A DNA stretch of 64,000 nucleotides from sequence record MZ189261.1; one strand, given 5' to 3'. Position 1 is the first letter of the stretch. Every line of letters starts with the position of its first letter. The notes under the pieces are model-generated. The model worked only from the letters and a program-made list of their open reading frames with translations. It made no database searches and was not told the origin of the DNA. Positions 7,907 to 16,843 of the stretch are shown here, in pieces. The stretch is from Escherichia phage S143_2. A program made the position numbers and the translations under genes.

Positions 7907-8134
7907 TTATTTTTTAATCAAATTGACATAAAACTCGGCGTCTTCCGGGTGCATGCCTTCGCAGTATTCTTCAACCATGAACTTCTTAACAGCTTCATAA
8001 GGACCACTCAGATTAAGCTCAGTTGTCCAGAACTTGGAATCTTGGACTGAATCGATACGAACTTCAGGGTGTCGGTTGCGAATAACTTCTTCGGTGTATT
8101 CATAATCAACGACATCAATACTAACTTTAGCCAT
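7907..8134 (-). CDS. hypothetical protein (75 aa)
   Basis: ORF with upstream promoter-like element. Confidence 0.45.
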   Translation of the reverse strand: MAKVSIDVVDYEYTEEVIRNRHPEVRIDSVQDSKFWTTELNLSGPYEAVKKFMVEEYCEGMHPEDAEFYVNLIKK

Positions 8135-8180
8135 TTTATTTTCCTCTTGATTTGATGTGATTACTATAACATAAACTTAC

Positions 8181-8345
8181 TTAGATGTAAATTATTTCAA
8201 CGTCACCTTTAGCTGCTTTATAACCTTCAGCCCAAGATACAACAGAGTTTTTATCCGAGGATTCAAATTCAGGCATTGGACTTTCACCAATATTCACACA
8301 GTATGTTTCTTCATTTTCGTCAAACCAAATAATTAAAGTAGTCAT
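8181..8345 (-). CDS. hypothetical small protein (54 aa)
   Basis: Hand-translated MTTLIIWFDENEETYCVNIGESP...; preceded by GGAG SD inside a cassette duplicated at 45783. Confidence 0.4.
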   Translation of the reverse strand: MTTLIIWFDENEETYCVNIGESPMPEFESSDKNSVVSWAEGYKAAKGDVEIIYI

Positions 8346-8386
8346 TTTGTTTACTCCACTGTAGTTGATAAGTCTATAGTATCACC
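8341..8386 (-). promoter_or_regulatory. promoter/RBS/start-codon cassette (copy A)
   Basis: 44 of 46 nt identical to 45783-45830, including the ATG and first codons. Confidence 0.6.
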
Positions 8387-8412
8387 ATCCTTGGTGCTTG
8401 TACATCATTATT

Positions 8413-8718
8413 TTATTTTTTCCAACTTAACAACTTGTAGTGTCCTTCATTCATACGTGGTTTATCCCAAGAAATACTAATATACGATTCACTGTCAATA
8501 GAAGTCGCCGGGTTTTTCTCTACCGTAAGACCTTCACTTTCCAGCCATTCAATAGTATTTGCGCATAAATCTGAAGAACACCTCATCGGAAACCGGCAAG
8601 ATTTTTCACCTTTAGCTGCAGTGTTATACATCTTTTCTAAAATACGCTTTTGCACGTTTTTAAAAATAGTTTCAGCAGATTCTTCAGATTTTTTATTCAG
8701 TTCGGTATAAAGACTCAT
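8413..8718 (-). CDS. hypothetical protein (101 aa)
   Basis: ORF with SD GAGGAAAA. Confidence 0.5.
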   Translation of the reverse strand: MSLYTELNKKSEESAETIFKNVQKRILEKMYNTAAKGEKSCRFPMRCSSDLCANTIEWLESEGLTVEKNPATSIDSESYISISWDKPRMNEGHYKLLSWKK

Positions 8719-8827
8719 AACATTTTCCTCATGTTTTTATAGGTCTATAGTAACACATCTAGGGAAGAAGTAAACAACTTTTTCAGTAAGTTATAGACCC
8801 CCTAATGGGGACCGAAGTCCCCATTCT

Positions 8828-9454
8828 TTACTTACGAGTTTTTGCATACTGAGCAGCGTCAGCAGCCAAACGACCTGCCTGACGAAGTTTTTCTTTAATC
8901 GCATCGTGAAGTGGTTGAGTATACTTCAAACCTTCGATAGTCAAATAAAGACGATAAAGGTCTGGGGTGTCAAGGTTGTTGATATGTTGGCCATTACGAA
9001 GAATATTGAATTCACGAACGAGTGAAGATGTATCAGATTCAATATCACGAACAAGCGAAGATAGTTGTTTATATTTTTTTTCCAGGCTAGAAGTATCAAA
9101 CTTAAGAGCAGGAGCTTTAGGAGTTGCTTTTACTTCCGGCTTAGGCTCAGGTTTTGCTACTGCTTTAGGGGTCGCAGGTTTAGGAGTGGTAGGAGCAGGT
9201 TTCACTTTAGGCGAACCCGATTTAGCAGAAACACCACCACTAACAATATCTTTGAATGCTTTAGAAGCTCTGTAATATTCTTTTTGGCTGGAAGTGTCGA
9301 TACCGTACATGGCTTGAACGTTTTTGAAAAACTCTGTACTAGTTTTTGTACCAGAAATAGCATCGTAAGCAGCTTGCCATTTCTCTTTTGTCATACGTAC
9401 ACCGGCTTCGGTGATTACTTCCGTTTCGGCTAAAAATTCATTAAAAGTATACAT
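8828..9454 (-). CDS. internal-protein-like capsid-targeted protein (208 aa), Pro/Lys-rich central region
   Basis: N-terminus MYTFNEFLAETE resembles the IP targeting sequence; late promoter TATAAATA 36 nt upstream. Confidence 0.5.
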   Translation of the reverse strand: MYTFNEFLAETEVITEAGVRMTKEKWQAAYDAISGTKTSTEFFKNVQAMYGIDTSSQKEYYRASKAFKDIVSGGVSAKSGSPKVKPAPTTPKPATPKAVAKPEPKPEVKATPKAPALKFDTSSLEKKYKQLSSLVRDIESDTSSLVREFNILRNGQHINNLDTPDLYRLYLTIEGLKYTQPLHDAIKEKLRQAGRLAADAAQYAKTRK

Positions 9455-9489
9455 TGATGGTCCTTAGAAAGTAGGTTTATTGTTTACTA

Positions 9490-9497
9490 TATTTATA
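9490..9497 (-). promoter_or_regulatory. T4-type late promoter TATAAATA
   Basis: Exact TATAAATA on minus strand upstream of the 8828..9454 start. Confidence 0.6.
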
Positions 9498-9498
9498 C

Positions 9499-9529
9499 AA
9501 AAAAGCCCCAACCTTTCGGAAGGGGCTAT
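9499..9529 (-). terminator. rho-independent terminator
   Basis: Minus strand AGCCCCTTCCGAAAGGTTGGGGCT followed by TTTTTTG. Confidence 0.7.
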
Positions 9530-9829
9530 ATACCTTGTCGGGGTTCCACCTACTAAGGCAAGTGTTTGTACGAAACGCCGGGGTTCGAACCCGGTTATTA
9601 AGCAGTTGACGCTACTCAATATTTTTAAAAGGCCATATCTCGACCATATCCGAACGTTCCGTCAAAAACGCTACTCGGCTTACGGCAAAGATATTTCCTC
9701 GAATCGATAATTCGGTGCGCCGTTTCTGCTGTGGTGTAAGGGGATATTAACAAATCGTAAAGATTTATTAAGACCAGTCCTTACTCAGGGAACATCAGTC
9801 CGACGACTTACCGGTAGCGACCCGGCTTC

Positions 9830-10174
9830 TTATTTTGGCATATCATCAATTTGCTCTCGACGCCGACGCCATAGATTAATCGCTTCATTAACACATTCGG
9901 CGTTTGGTATATGACGGCAATAATATAATGATTCGCGTTTCTGGAACCGATGTTGCAATGGGATTTCGTTTAAAAGGTCTTTACGGTCAAAGTATTCAAA
10001 ACTAGTTAACCCGGAACGGTTTTTAATGAACTTCCAATGACCGAATTCATTTTGAACATAGATGTAATCTGCGTGTTGGTATAACAAATTAATCAATCGG
10101 TCTGAAATAACTGTATCATGTTCGTTAAAATAAAACGTTAAATCATGAACTACTAAGTAAACATTACCTTTCAT
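9830..10174 (-). CDS. hypothetical protein (114 aa)
   Basis: Start trimmed to ATG 10174 with GAGGAAAA SD; the longer track ORF would overlap tRNA-Arg. Confidence 0.55.
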   Translation of the reverse strand: MKGNVYLVVHDLTFYFNEHDTVISDRLINLLYQHADYIYVQNEFGHWKFIKNRSGLTSFEYFDRKDLLNEIPLQHRFQKRESLYYCRHIPNAECVNEAINLWRRRREQIDDMPK

Positions 10175-10192
10175 ATTTTCCTCACTTAAAGT

Positions 10193-10269
<77 letters not shown>

Positions 10270-10273
10270 TATT

Positions 10274-10348
10274 TGGCGGACGTGATAGGATTCGAACCTA
10301 TAACCAATCGCTTAACAGGCGATCGCTCTGCCATTGAGCTACACATCC
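10274..10348 (-). tRNA. tRNA-Asn (anticodon GUU), CCA encoded
   Basis: Acceptor GGATGTG/CACGTCC, anticodon stem ATCGC/GCGAT, loop CTGTTAA, T-arm ATAGG TTCGAAT CCTAT. Confidence 0.8.
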
Positions 10349-10352
10349 AAAT

Positions 10353-10439
10353 TGGTGGGGAGTGATGGAGTCGAACCACCCGAGTCGCAATGACAATGGA
10401 TTTACAGTCCACACCGCTACCTCTACGGGATAACTCCCC
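10353..10439 (-). tRNA. tRNA-Tyr (anticodon GUA), long variable arm, CCA encoded
   Basis: Acceptor GGGGAGT/ACTCCCC, anticodon loop CTGTAAA, T-loop TTCGACT. Confidence 0.75.
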
Positions 10440-10451
10440 TAATTCATAATT

Positions 10452-10526
10452 TGGTGGCCCTGGGTGGAATTGAACCACCATCTGGCGATTATGAGTCGCT
10501 TGCTTGAACCTTCCAGCTACAGGGCC
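10452..10526 (-). tRNA. tRNA with anticodon CAU (Ile lysidine-type by T4 synteny, or Met)
   Basis: Acceptor GGCCCTG/CAGGGCC, anticodon loop CTCATAA, T-arm GGTGG TTCAATT CCACC. Confidence 0.75.
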
Positions 10527-10527
10527 T

Positions 10528-10603
10528 TGGTGCTGATTGACGGAATCGAACCGCCGACCTTCTCATTACAAGTGAGTTGCTCTACCTACTGAGCTAAATC
10601 AGC
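10528..10603 (-). tRNA. tRNA-Thr (anticodon UGU), CCA encoded
   Basis: Acceptor GCTGATT/AATCAGC, D-arm GCTC AGTAGGTA GAGC, anticodon loop CTTGTAA. Confidence 0.8.
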
Positions 10604-10608
10604 AAAAC

Positions 10609-10698
10609 TGGCGGAGGCGATAGGATTTGAACCTATGAGTCGCCGGAGCGACTGCCGGTTTTCAAGACCGGTGCATTAAACCACTCTGCCACGCCTCC
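10609..10698 (-). tRNA. tRNA-Ser (anticodon UGA), long variable arm, CCA encoded
   Basis: Acceptor GGAGGCG/CGCCTCC, anticodon stem CCGGT/ACCGG, loop CTTGAAA. Confidence 0.8.
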
Positions 10699-10700
10699 AG

Positions 10701-10774
10701 TCTCCATACAAGGATTTGAACCTTGGGCCTCCTGATCCCAAATCAGGCGCTCTACCAAACTGAGCTACACGGAG
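10701..10774 (-). tRNA. tRNA-Pro (anticodon UGG), no encoded CCA
   Basis: Acceptor CTCCGTG/TATGGAG, anticodon stem CCTGA/TCAGG, loop TTTGGGA; 2-nt spacer to tRNA-Ser. Confidence 0.8.
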
Positions 10775-10784
10775 TAAATTAAAT

Positions 10785-10858
<74 letters not shown>

Positions 10859-10863
10859 AAATT

Positions 10864-10950
10864 TGGTGCGAGAAGTGGGACTCGAACCCACAAGGAAATC
10901 ATTCCGCAGCATTTTAAGTGCTGTGCCTTTACCAATTTGGCCATTCTCGC
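10864..10950 (-). tRNA. tRNA-Leu (anticodon UAA), long variable arm, CCA encoded
   Basis: Acceptor GCGAGAA/TTCTCGC, anticodon loop CTTAAAA, T-arm GTGGG TTCGAGT CCCAC. Confidence 0.8.
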
Positions 10951-10951
10951 G

Positions 10952-11024
10952 CTGGGAATAAAGGACTCGAACCTTTGCATCCTGGAATCAAAATCCAGTG
11001 CCTTACCAACTTGGCTAATTCCCA
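10952..11024 (-). tRNA. tRNA-Gln (anticodon UUG), no encoded CCA
   Basis: Acceptor TGGGAAT/ATTCCCA (U1:A72), anticodon stem CTGGA/TCCAG, loop TTTTGAT; 1-nt spacer to tRNA-Leu. Confidence 0.8.
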
Positions 11025-11121
11025 ATTATTAACAAAGGCTCTCTAACAAGAACCCTTGATGATAGAGGGTATTAATCAGTGCGATATGAGTTAATAATAA
11101 CAAATAATTCTTAAAGCATAT

Positions 11122-11415
11122 TTACCATTTATGATAATACATATTTACGATGCAGTCAAGACCCAAAGGATTCTTGAAAATATCATATTCAAGAGGACCT
11201 TTTTCCGTTTCAATAAAGAAATCAAAATTTACTGTATTAAATTTACGGTCTTCCTTCACTAATTTAACTTGAGAAGATGAACGGTCAATGTAAACCTTTT
11301 CAACTTCAAAACATGTTAAAATGCCATAATCATCAATCAAGGCTTTAGCCGCGTCTTGATCATATTTATATCCATTTTCAATAGACGATACTTTAGCATA
11401 AAGAATCATTATCAA
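11122..11415 (-). CDS. hypothetical protein (97 aa)
   Basis: ORF; stop overlaps next gene start. Confidence 0.45.
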   Translation of the reverse strand: MIMILYAKVSSIENGYKYDQDAAKALIDDYGILTCFEVEKVYIDRSSSQVKLVKEDRKFNTVNFDFFIETEKGPLEYDIFKNPLGLDCIVNMYYHKW

Positions 11416-11792
11416 CCTTCATCAACAATAGTATGAGTATGAGCATTTACAATTTGCCACCAATCAAAGCGATTAGAACCATACATCAGGTTGTTCTCAT
11501 TTTCTTTGATAATGTCACGGAGTTCATCTTCAGTAGCGGCTTTCGCTATTAAATCAGCATATCCACCGCGAGGATAATAATTATCACCTGCAAAAAGTAA
11601 AAAGTTCGGTTTAATATTATTGAACTCTTCAAGAGTAATAACTTTTCCTGTCGGTTGAACAATCTCTACATATTTATATCCTAATTTTTGAGCAGCATCT
11701 ACTGCTTCAAGCAAAGTATCATGAGCCCATCCAATTTGACAACCTGGCTTTTCAGATGGATTAGCCTGATAATCCGCGTACACTTTATACAT
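11412..11792 (-). CDS. hypothetical protein (about 126 aa)
   Basis: Start trimmed to ATG 11792 with AAGGTG SD. Confidence 0.5.
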   Translation of the reverse strand: MYKVYADYQANPSEKPGCQIGWAHDTLLEAVDAAQKLGYKYVEIVQPTGKVITLEEFNNIKPNFLLFAGDNYYPRGGYADLIAKAATEDELRDIIKENENNLMYGSNRFDWWQIVNAHTHTIVDEG

Positions 11793-11793
11793 T

Positions 11794-11979
11794 CTATTCA
11801 CCTTTTGCAATTTTATCCATAACGATAGCGATTAAGCCGATTAGAAATGCTACTACCAATGAGATAGAATTTTCGGTTGTTGTCAGTAGTCCACAAATGA
11901 ATCCTACAAACATCGAAAAACTAAAAGCCATTGAAGCAATTACTACAGCAACATTACGAATCAGTTCAGCGCGTTTCAT
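11794..11979 (-). CDS. small hydrophobic membrane protein (61 aa)
   Basis: Two hydrophobic segments; early-promoter-like element with inverted repeat GATAGGGTA/TACCCTATC upstream at 11998-12040. Confidence 0.45.
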   Translation of the reverse strand: MKRAELIRNVAVVIASMAFSFSMFVGFICGLLTTTENSISLVVAFLIGLIAIVMDKIAKGE

Positions 11980-12048
11980 TTTATTCTCCTCGGTAGTTGA
12001 TAGGGTAATAGTATCACTACCCTATCTAAAAGTAAACGGTTTTATAAA

Positions 12049-12357
12049 CTATTTTATTCCGCGTGATGCAATCGTATTCTGCCGTTTAACGCCAGTTTGT
12101 TTAAAGTTATGATTGTCAAGTTGATCGGTACGAGCAACTCCGAATGATGATTTAATCTTAGCTTTAGATCCTTTAGTTATAGAAATAAACATCTCGGGAG
12201 CCCCTTTCTTAAAGTCCGAAGCAATTACTTCAACACCGTTCTTAGCAAGTGACCTCAGAATTGCTTCCGCGTACTCATCATCAAGACCCGCTTGAGTATG
12301 AATAACGAATGTCTTTGGTGCAGCCGCTTCATTGATAAATTCTTTATAGGTTTTCAT
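12049..12357 (-). CDS. internal-protein-like capsid-targeted protein (102 aa)
   Basis: N-terminus MKTYKEFINEA. Confidence 0.6.
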   Translation of the reverse strand: MKTYKEFINEAAAPKTFVIHTQAGLDDEYAEAILRSLAKNGVEVIASDFKKGAPEMFISITKGSKAKIKSSFGVARTDQLDNHNFKQTGVKRQNTIASRGIK

Positions 12358-12417
12358 TTTATTTTCCTAATTAATTTTGATGAGATAATAATACCACAAC
12401 CCTATTTAAAAGTAAAC

Positions 12418-12690
12418 TCATTTTAAATAAATTGCGTATTTTTTATAACCCGCCGACTCATGACGAAGACCCTTATCATTAGCAAAACGCTCAATGTTGT
12501 TAATTTGATTCTGGTCAAGTTCAGAGATGTCAAACACGAAAAAGTTACGTTTGTTACCAACTGTTACATAGTCAGTTAAATCAATATCATATAGGTAATT
12601 GATGTCAGCAATCAAAGTCTTGACAGCTTTGCTAATTTTTACTTTTTCGTTAAAAGTAGCTTCATTGATAAATTCTTTATAGGTTTTCAT
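12418..12690 (-). CDS. internal-protein-like capsid-targeted protein (90 aa)
   Basis: N-terminus MKTYKEFINEA; in the position of T4 ipI next to 57B. Confidence 0.6.
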   Translation of the reverse strand: MKTYKEFINEATFNEKVKISKAVKTLIADINYLYDIDLTDYVTVGNKRNFFVFDISELDQNQINNIERFANDKGLRHESAGYKKYAIYLK

Positions 12691-12713
12691 TTTATTTACT
12701 TGAGGTCGTTTAT

Positions 12714-12756
12714 TTGATAGGACTACTATAACATAGTCCTACAGGTGTGTAAACTG
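12714..12756 (-). promoter_or_regulatory. early-promoter-like cassette with stem-loop (copy 3)
   Basis: gataggactactataacatagtcctac...gtaaac; minus strand GTTTAC -35 then TAGGACTA/TAGTCCTA stem-loop. Confidence 0.6.
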
Positions 12757-12767
12757 TTTTGTAAAAA

Positions 12768-13453
<686 letters not shown>

Positions 13454-13457
13454 TTTA

Positions 13458-14192
13458 TTACCTTAAGATTGTTTCAATTTTAGAATAAAGCTCTTCTAAA
13501 GAGCCGTCGTTTGTAATAACTAAATCGCCTTCTTCAATAGGCAACCCAGCTTCTGTAATATGTTTATCGGTGGATTCCGTACCAGAGCGAACCACATGAA
13601 TAACTGTAGCACCCATCGCTCTAGCGGTTTCCATTTCATGGACTTGGCGGGTATCGGTCACAACGTAGTAATCGAAATCGCTTCCAATATAATCCATATA
13701 GTTTAATGCAAAAAGTTTAACCCAATACATACGGTCAAATAAATTAACGACAACATCCGTACCGAGGGCTTGCATAAGACGGCGGATTGACCATGTGTCG
13801 TTGATATTATTTATAGCTTCGCGCAGGGCTTCATATGGTTTAATATCTAGATACGAATATCCACCTTCTAACGATGATAATACTTTAACATTATTAATTG
13901 GTAAATATTGACTTTGCAAATAAATTAGCGCTTCTTCCAATAATTCAATAACATCCAACTTATTGAGATTTAATGGTGTTTCACGGTCGTATCCAATGCC
14001 TTCAAAGTATTCGTATTTCAACTCTGTGAATACATCAGGATTTTCAGCATGCCTACGTTCCCAGGCTATTGCTAGAGCGTCTTTAATCGGATATGCCAAT
14101 TGATATTTTACTGATTTAAAGTTTGAATTGATGTAATCAGCAGTAGTATCTTTGCCACTACGTTTGATGCCACTTAAAAAGATTAGCTCCAT
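13458..14192 (-). CDS. 1: gp1 deoxynucleoside monophosphate kinase
   Basis: MELIFLSGIKRSGKDTTADY... P-loop; length matches T4 gp1. Confidence 0.9.
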   Translation of the reverse strand: MELIFLSGIKRSGKDTTADYINSNFKSVKYQLAYPIKDALAIAWERRHAENPDVFTELKYEYFEGIGYDRETPLNLNKLDVIELLEEALIYLQSQYLPINNVKVLSSLEGGYSYLDIKPYEALREAINNINDTWSIRRLMQALGTDVVVNLFDRMYWVKLFALNYMDYIGSDFDYYVVTDTRQVHEMETARAMGATVIHVVRSGTESTDKHITEAGLPIEEGDLVITNDGSLEELYSKIETILR

Positions 14193-14245
14193 AGGTTTTC
14201 CTCATATAATTTATGAGTGATTATAACATACGGAGCTAGAAGCGA

Positions 14246-14830
14246 TTAACGCAAGGAAGGGTGCCTAGAAATGGATTTAGATTCGACAGCTTGGAGTGGT
14301 TGTTGAGATACAATGACTTCGCCATCCTTTTCTATCGTCATATACGCGTAGTGAATAGTTGCTACGCACGTAACGGCAGGATCAGAATCTTCAGTGTAAC
14401 TAAATTCAATTTCGCTCAAATCAGAAATCCATGGTTTATAGAAATTTGCCGTCAAAACGACTTCAGTCTTATTGTTGTTTAAAATGTGCAAAGTAACAAA
14501 CTCAGGACCATCGGAGTGGGCCGTATTATGCCCGGTTATATAGTTATTAGTGCTGAGCATCCATTTATACATGTTCATCCAGGACGTCATGTCTTCATCA
14601 ACTATAAATCGTACAATAAAAGGGTCATATTCAAATGTAGTGCCTGCGCGCATTGCACGTCCTAACCCCATTGTGCCTGTCACAGTTTCAACAACAGGAA
14701 TTCTCACACCAGGTAGTGGAGCCGTTTGGGCATTGAGCACAAAACCTGAAGTTCGTGTACTATCCGGGATATCCACAACAAAGTTTGTTATATTTGTTTG
14801 GTTAAAAATCTGTCTCGCTGGACGAGTCAT
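14246..14830 (-). CDS. 3: gp3 tail completion / sheath stabiliser
   Basis: Synteny 1-3-2-4; start trimmed to ATG 14830 (track start was GTG). Confidence 0.7.
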   Translation of the reverse strand: MTRPARQIFNQTNITNFVVDIPDSTRTSGFVLNAQTAPLPGVRIPVVETVTGTMGLGRAMRAGTTFEYDPFIVRFIVDEDMTSWMNMYKWMLSTNNYITGHNTAHSDGPEFVTLHILNNNKTEVVLTANFYKPWISDLSEIEFSYTEDSDPAVTCVATIHYAYMTIEKDGEVIVSQQPLQAVESKSISRHPSLR

Positions 14831-14932
14831 AAGCACCTCAAAAACGCTTTAATAAAAATGCAGTATAATGGTTTTAGGTCTCTTCCATTAATCCGGTTCA
14901 ACAGAATACCAGAAGAACGGAAGAGAATAGAA

Positions 14933-15754
14933 TTAAGATTTCCAAACAGTATTCGCAGAGAAACGTTTTCCTTTTGACATAAACTGCTGAGTAGGTAACA
15001 TGATTATGTTAGCCCAGTCTTTAGGAGCGATTTCTGTTATTGTTCCTCTAATGTGGCCTGGCAGGTATGCTTTAATCATTTTGTCAGCACCTTGAAATCC
15101 TTTCACCTTGCTCCAGTCTATCTTCAACTTTGTGTTATTAGTAATAGTAGTTGTGCTAGCATATTGCTTCAGCAATTCTTCAAGAAACTGTTGTCGTGCT
15201 TTAGGTGGGATATAGTGCAAGTTTAACCCGTACATCAAATTATGTTTACCTAATCCTAAATAAATAATCAAAGGATATCGGTCCCAGTACGGCAGAGTAT
15301 CTTTATGTTTAGCATCATAAACGTAAGTATAAATTTTGCCTGGCGTAGGCTTGACTACTTTATGACCTTTTACACTTTTCTTAATTGTTTCAACGAACCA
15401 CTTAGATGATTTGTTGTTTACTGCTGCGCCTTCATTTCTAATCTTTTCTCGTATTGAACTGCGAAACGAGTTTATCATCAGAAGTTGACGTTCTTGCTTA
15501 TTGAGTTTATTTTTAGGTTTAGATTCAAGCGTTTCAATTTTCTGTGCAGTCTTAATAGATGATGCATATCTAGACATTGCAGATGTAAACGACGAGTATT
15601 TTATTCCTTTTGATTCTGCAAATGCTTTTGCAGTGATTCCTTTCTCTTTAGCTTTCTTGTATTCTAATCCTATCTCAATCCATTTTCTTTCATTCATAGA
15701 CTGAGCAATCTTAGGGGCTTGTACGCCTTCAGATATAATTTGGAATATGCTCAT
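14933..15754 (-). CDS. 2: gp2 DNA end protector
   Basis: 273 aa (T4 gp2 274 aa); synteny. Confidence 0.8.
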   Translation of the reverse strand: MSIFQIISEGVQAPKIAQSMNERKWIEIGLEYKKAKEKGITAKAFAESKGIKYSSFTSAMSRYASSIKTAQKIETLESKPKNKLNKQERQLLMINSFRSSIREKIRNEGAAVNNKSSKWFVETIKKSVKGHKVVKPTPGKIYTYVYDAKHKDTLPYWDRYPLIIYLGLGKHNLMYGLNLHYIPPKARQQFLEELLKQYASTTTITNNTKLKIDWSKVKGFQGADKMIKAYLPGHIRGTITEIAPKDWANIIMLPTQQFMSKGKRFSANTVWKS

Positions 15755-15756
15755 AA

Positions 15757-16206
15757 TTACCCCTTGTATCCGAGTTTCCTAAGTCCGTCTTCGGTTAGAA
15801 CTCGAAATTTTATATTTCTCTTTTCTGCGACAGCAGAAGCAGCTTTCCATTTGTCGCAGTTCACAGACCAGGTGTATATTTCATTCATATAACGTTTCTT
15901 TGCTGCGGTAGTAAGATTTGCAGGCTTAATAGGTGGCTGAGTTTCTTTCTTTGGTTTTATTTCTACAAAGAACTCTTGACCTGATGCATCTTTCATCCAT
16001 ATGTCCATATAGTATCGACGTTTCTTACCTTCAGCATTACAAAAATATGGAATTACTGCCGTTTCGCTGCCCCATGCAATAATTTCTGGATTTTTATCCA
16101 ACCATTCGAAAAAGAATTTTTCCCAGTTTGAACGATACGTTATTTTGGTATGGTCTCCACGGTATTTTTTTAAATTTTTCGGGACCCATTTACCAGAGTA
16201 GGCCAT
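15757..16206 (-). CDS. 4: gp4 head completion protein
   Basis: Start trimmed to MAYSGKW (149 aa; T4 gp4 150 aa) with AAGGAGG SD and minus-strand late promoter. Confidence 0.8.
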   Translation of the reverse strand: MAYSGKWVPKNLKKYRGDHTKITYRSNWEKFFFEWLDKNPEIIAWGSETAVIPYFCNAEGKKRRYYMDIWMKDASGQEFFVEIKPKKETQPPIKPANLTTAAKKRYMNEIYTWSVNCDKWKAASAVAEKRNIKFRVLTEDGLRKLGYKG

Positions 16207-16217
16207 GTTGTCCTCCT

Positions 16218-16240
16218 TATAAATAGTATTATTATTTATA
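16218..16240. promoter_or_regulatory. divergent late promoters: TATAAATA (+, 16218-16225) for gene 53 and TATAAATA on minus strand (16233-16240) for gene 4
   Basis: Exact octamers in both orientations between divergent late genes. Confidence 0.65.
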
Positions 16241-16267
16241 CCAATTTCATATTGGAAGGAGACTATT

Positions 16268-16843
16268 TTGTTATTTACATTCTTCGACCCAATAGGATAT
16301 AGTGCTAAAACAGTTGATAAGAATGCACCTACTATTCCTATGACAGACATATTTCGTAACTATAAAGAGTACTTTAAACGTGTTGCTGCCAATTATAGAT
16401 TACGTTCTTATTATATTAAAGGCTCTCCACGTCCTGAAGAACTAGCAAACATAATTTATGGCAACCCTCAATTATACTGGGTCCTTTTGATGTGTAATGA
16501 TAACTATGATCCGTATTATGGTTGGATTACATCTCAGGAAGCAGCGTATCAAGCTTCTATTCAGAAATATGCTAATGCTGGCGGAGACCAAGTTCTTTAT
16601 CATATTAATGAAAATCGTGAGAAATTTTACAATTTGGTTTCATATCCGGATGAGCCATTAGTATGGTATGATAAAGGCGATAAAGCTCGTAAGTATCCAC
16701 AATATAAAGGACCTTTAGCTGCAGTAGATACTTATGAAGCGGCAGTATTAGATAATGAAAAACTTCGTAAAATAAAAATTGTTGCAAAAGAAGATATAAA
16801 CTCGTTTATCACAGATTTGATTCGTGAGATGGAGATTGCATAA
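16268..16843 (+). CDS. 53: gp53 baseplate wedge
   Basis: 191 aa (T4 gp53 196 aa); apparent TTG start 7 nt after AAGGAG; synteny. Confidence 0.75.
   Translation: MLFTFFDPIGYSAKTVDKNAPTIPMTDIFRNYKEYFKRVAANYRLRSYYIKGSPRPEELANIIYGNPQLYWVLLMCNDNYDPYYGWITSQEAAYQASIQKYANAGGDQVLYHINENREKFYNLVSYPDEPLVWYDKGDKARKYPQYKGPLAAVDTYEAAVLDNEKLRKIKIVAKEDINSFITDLIREMEIA

Noticed and set aside
7192-8050. Plus-strand ORFs 7192..7710, 7568..8050 and 7720..7905
   Set aside because: Antisense to minus-strand genes that have promoters, SD sequences and terminators; no start-site support.
8967-9433. Plus-strand ORFs opposite the 208-aa capsid-targeted-like gene
   Set aside because: Arise from the Pro/Lys-rich repeat region read in other frames; Arg/Phe-rich nonsense composition.
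9565-9600. T-arm-like palindrome CCGGGTTCGAACCCCGG as an eleventh tRNA
   Set aside because: No complementary acceptor stem, D-arm or anticodon arm could be built on either strand.
9480-9710. Plus-strand 76-aa ORF
   Set aside because: Spans the minus-strand terminator and late promoter and a structured noncoding interval; no SD.
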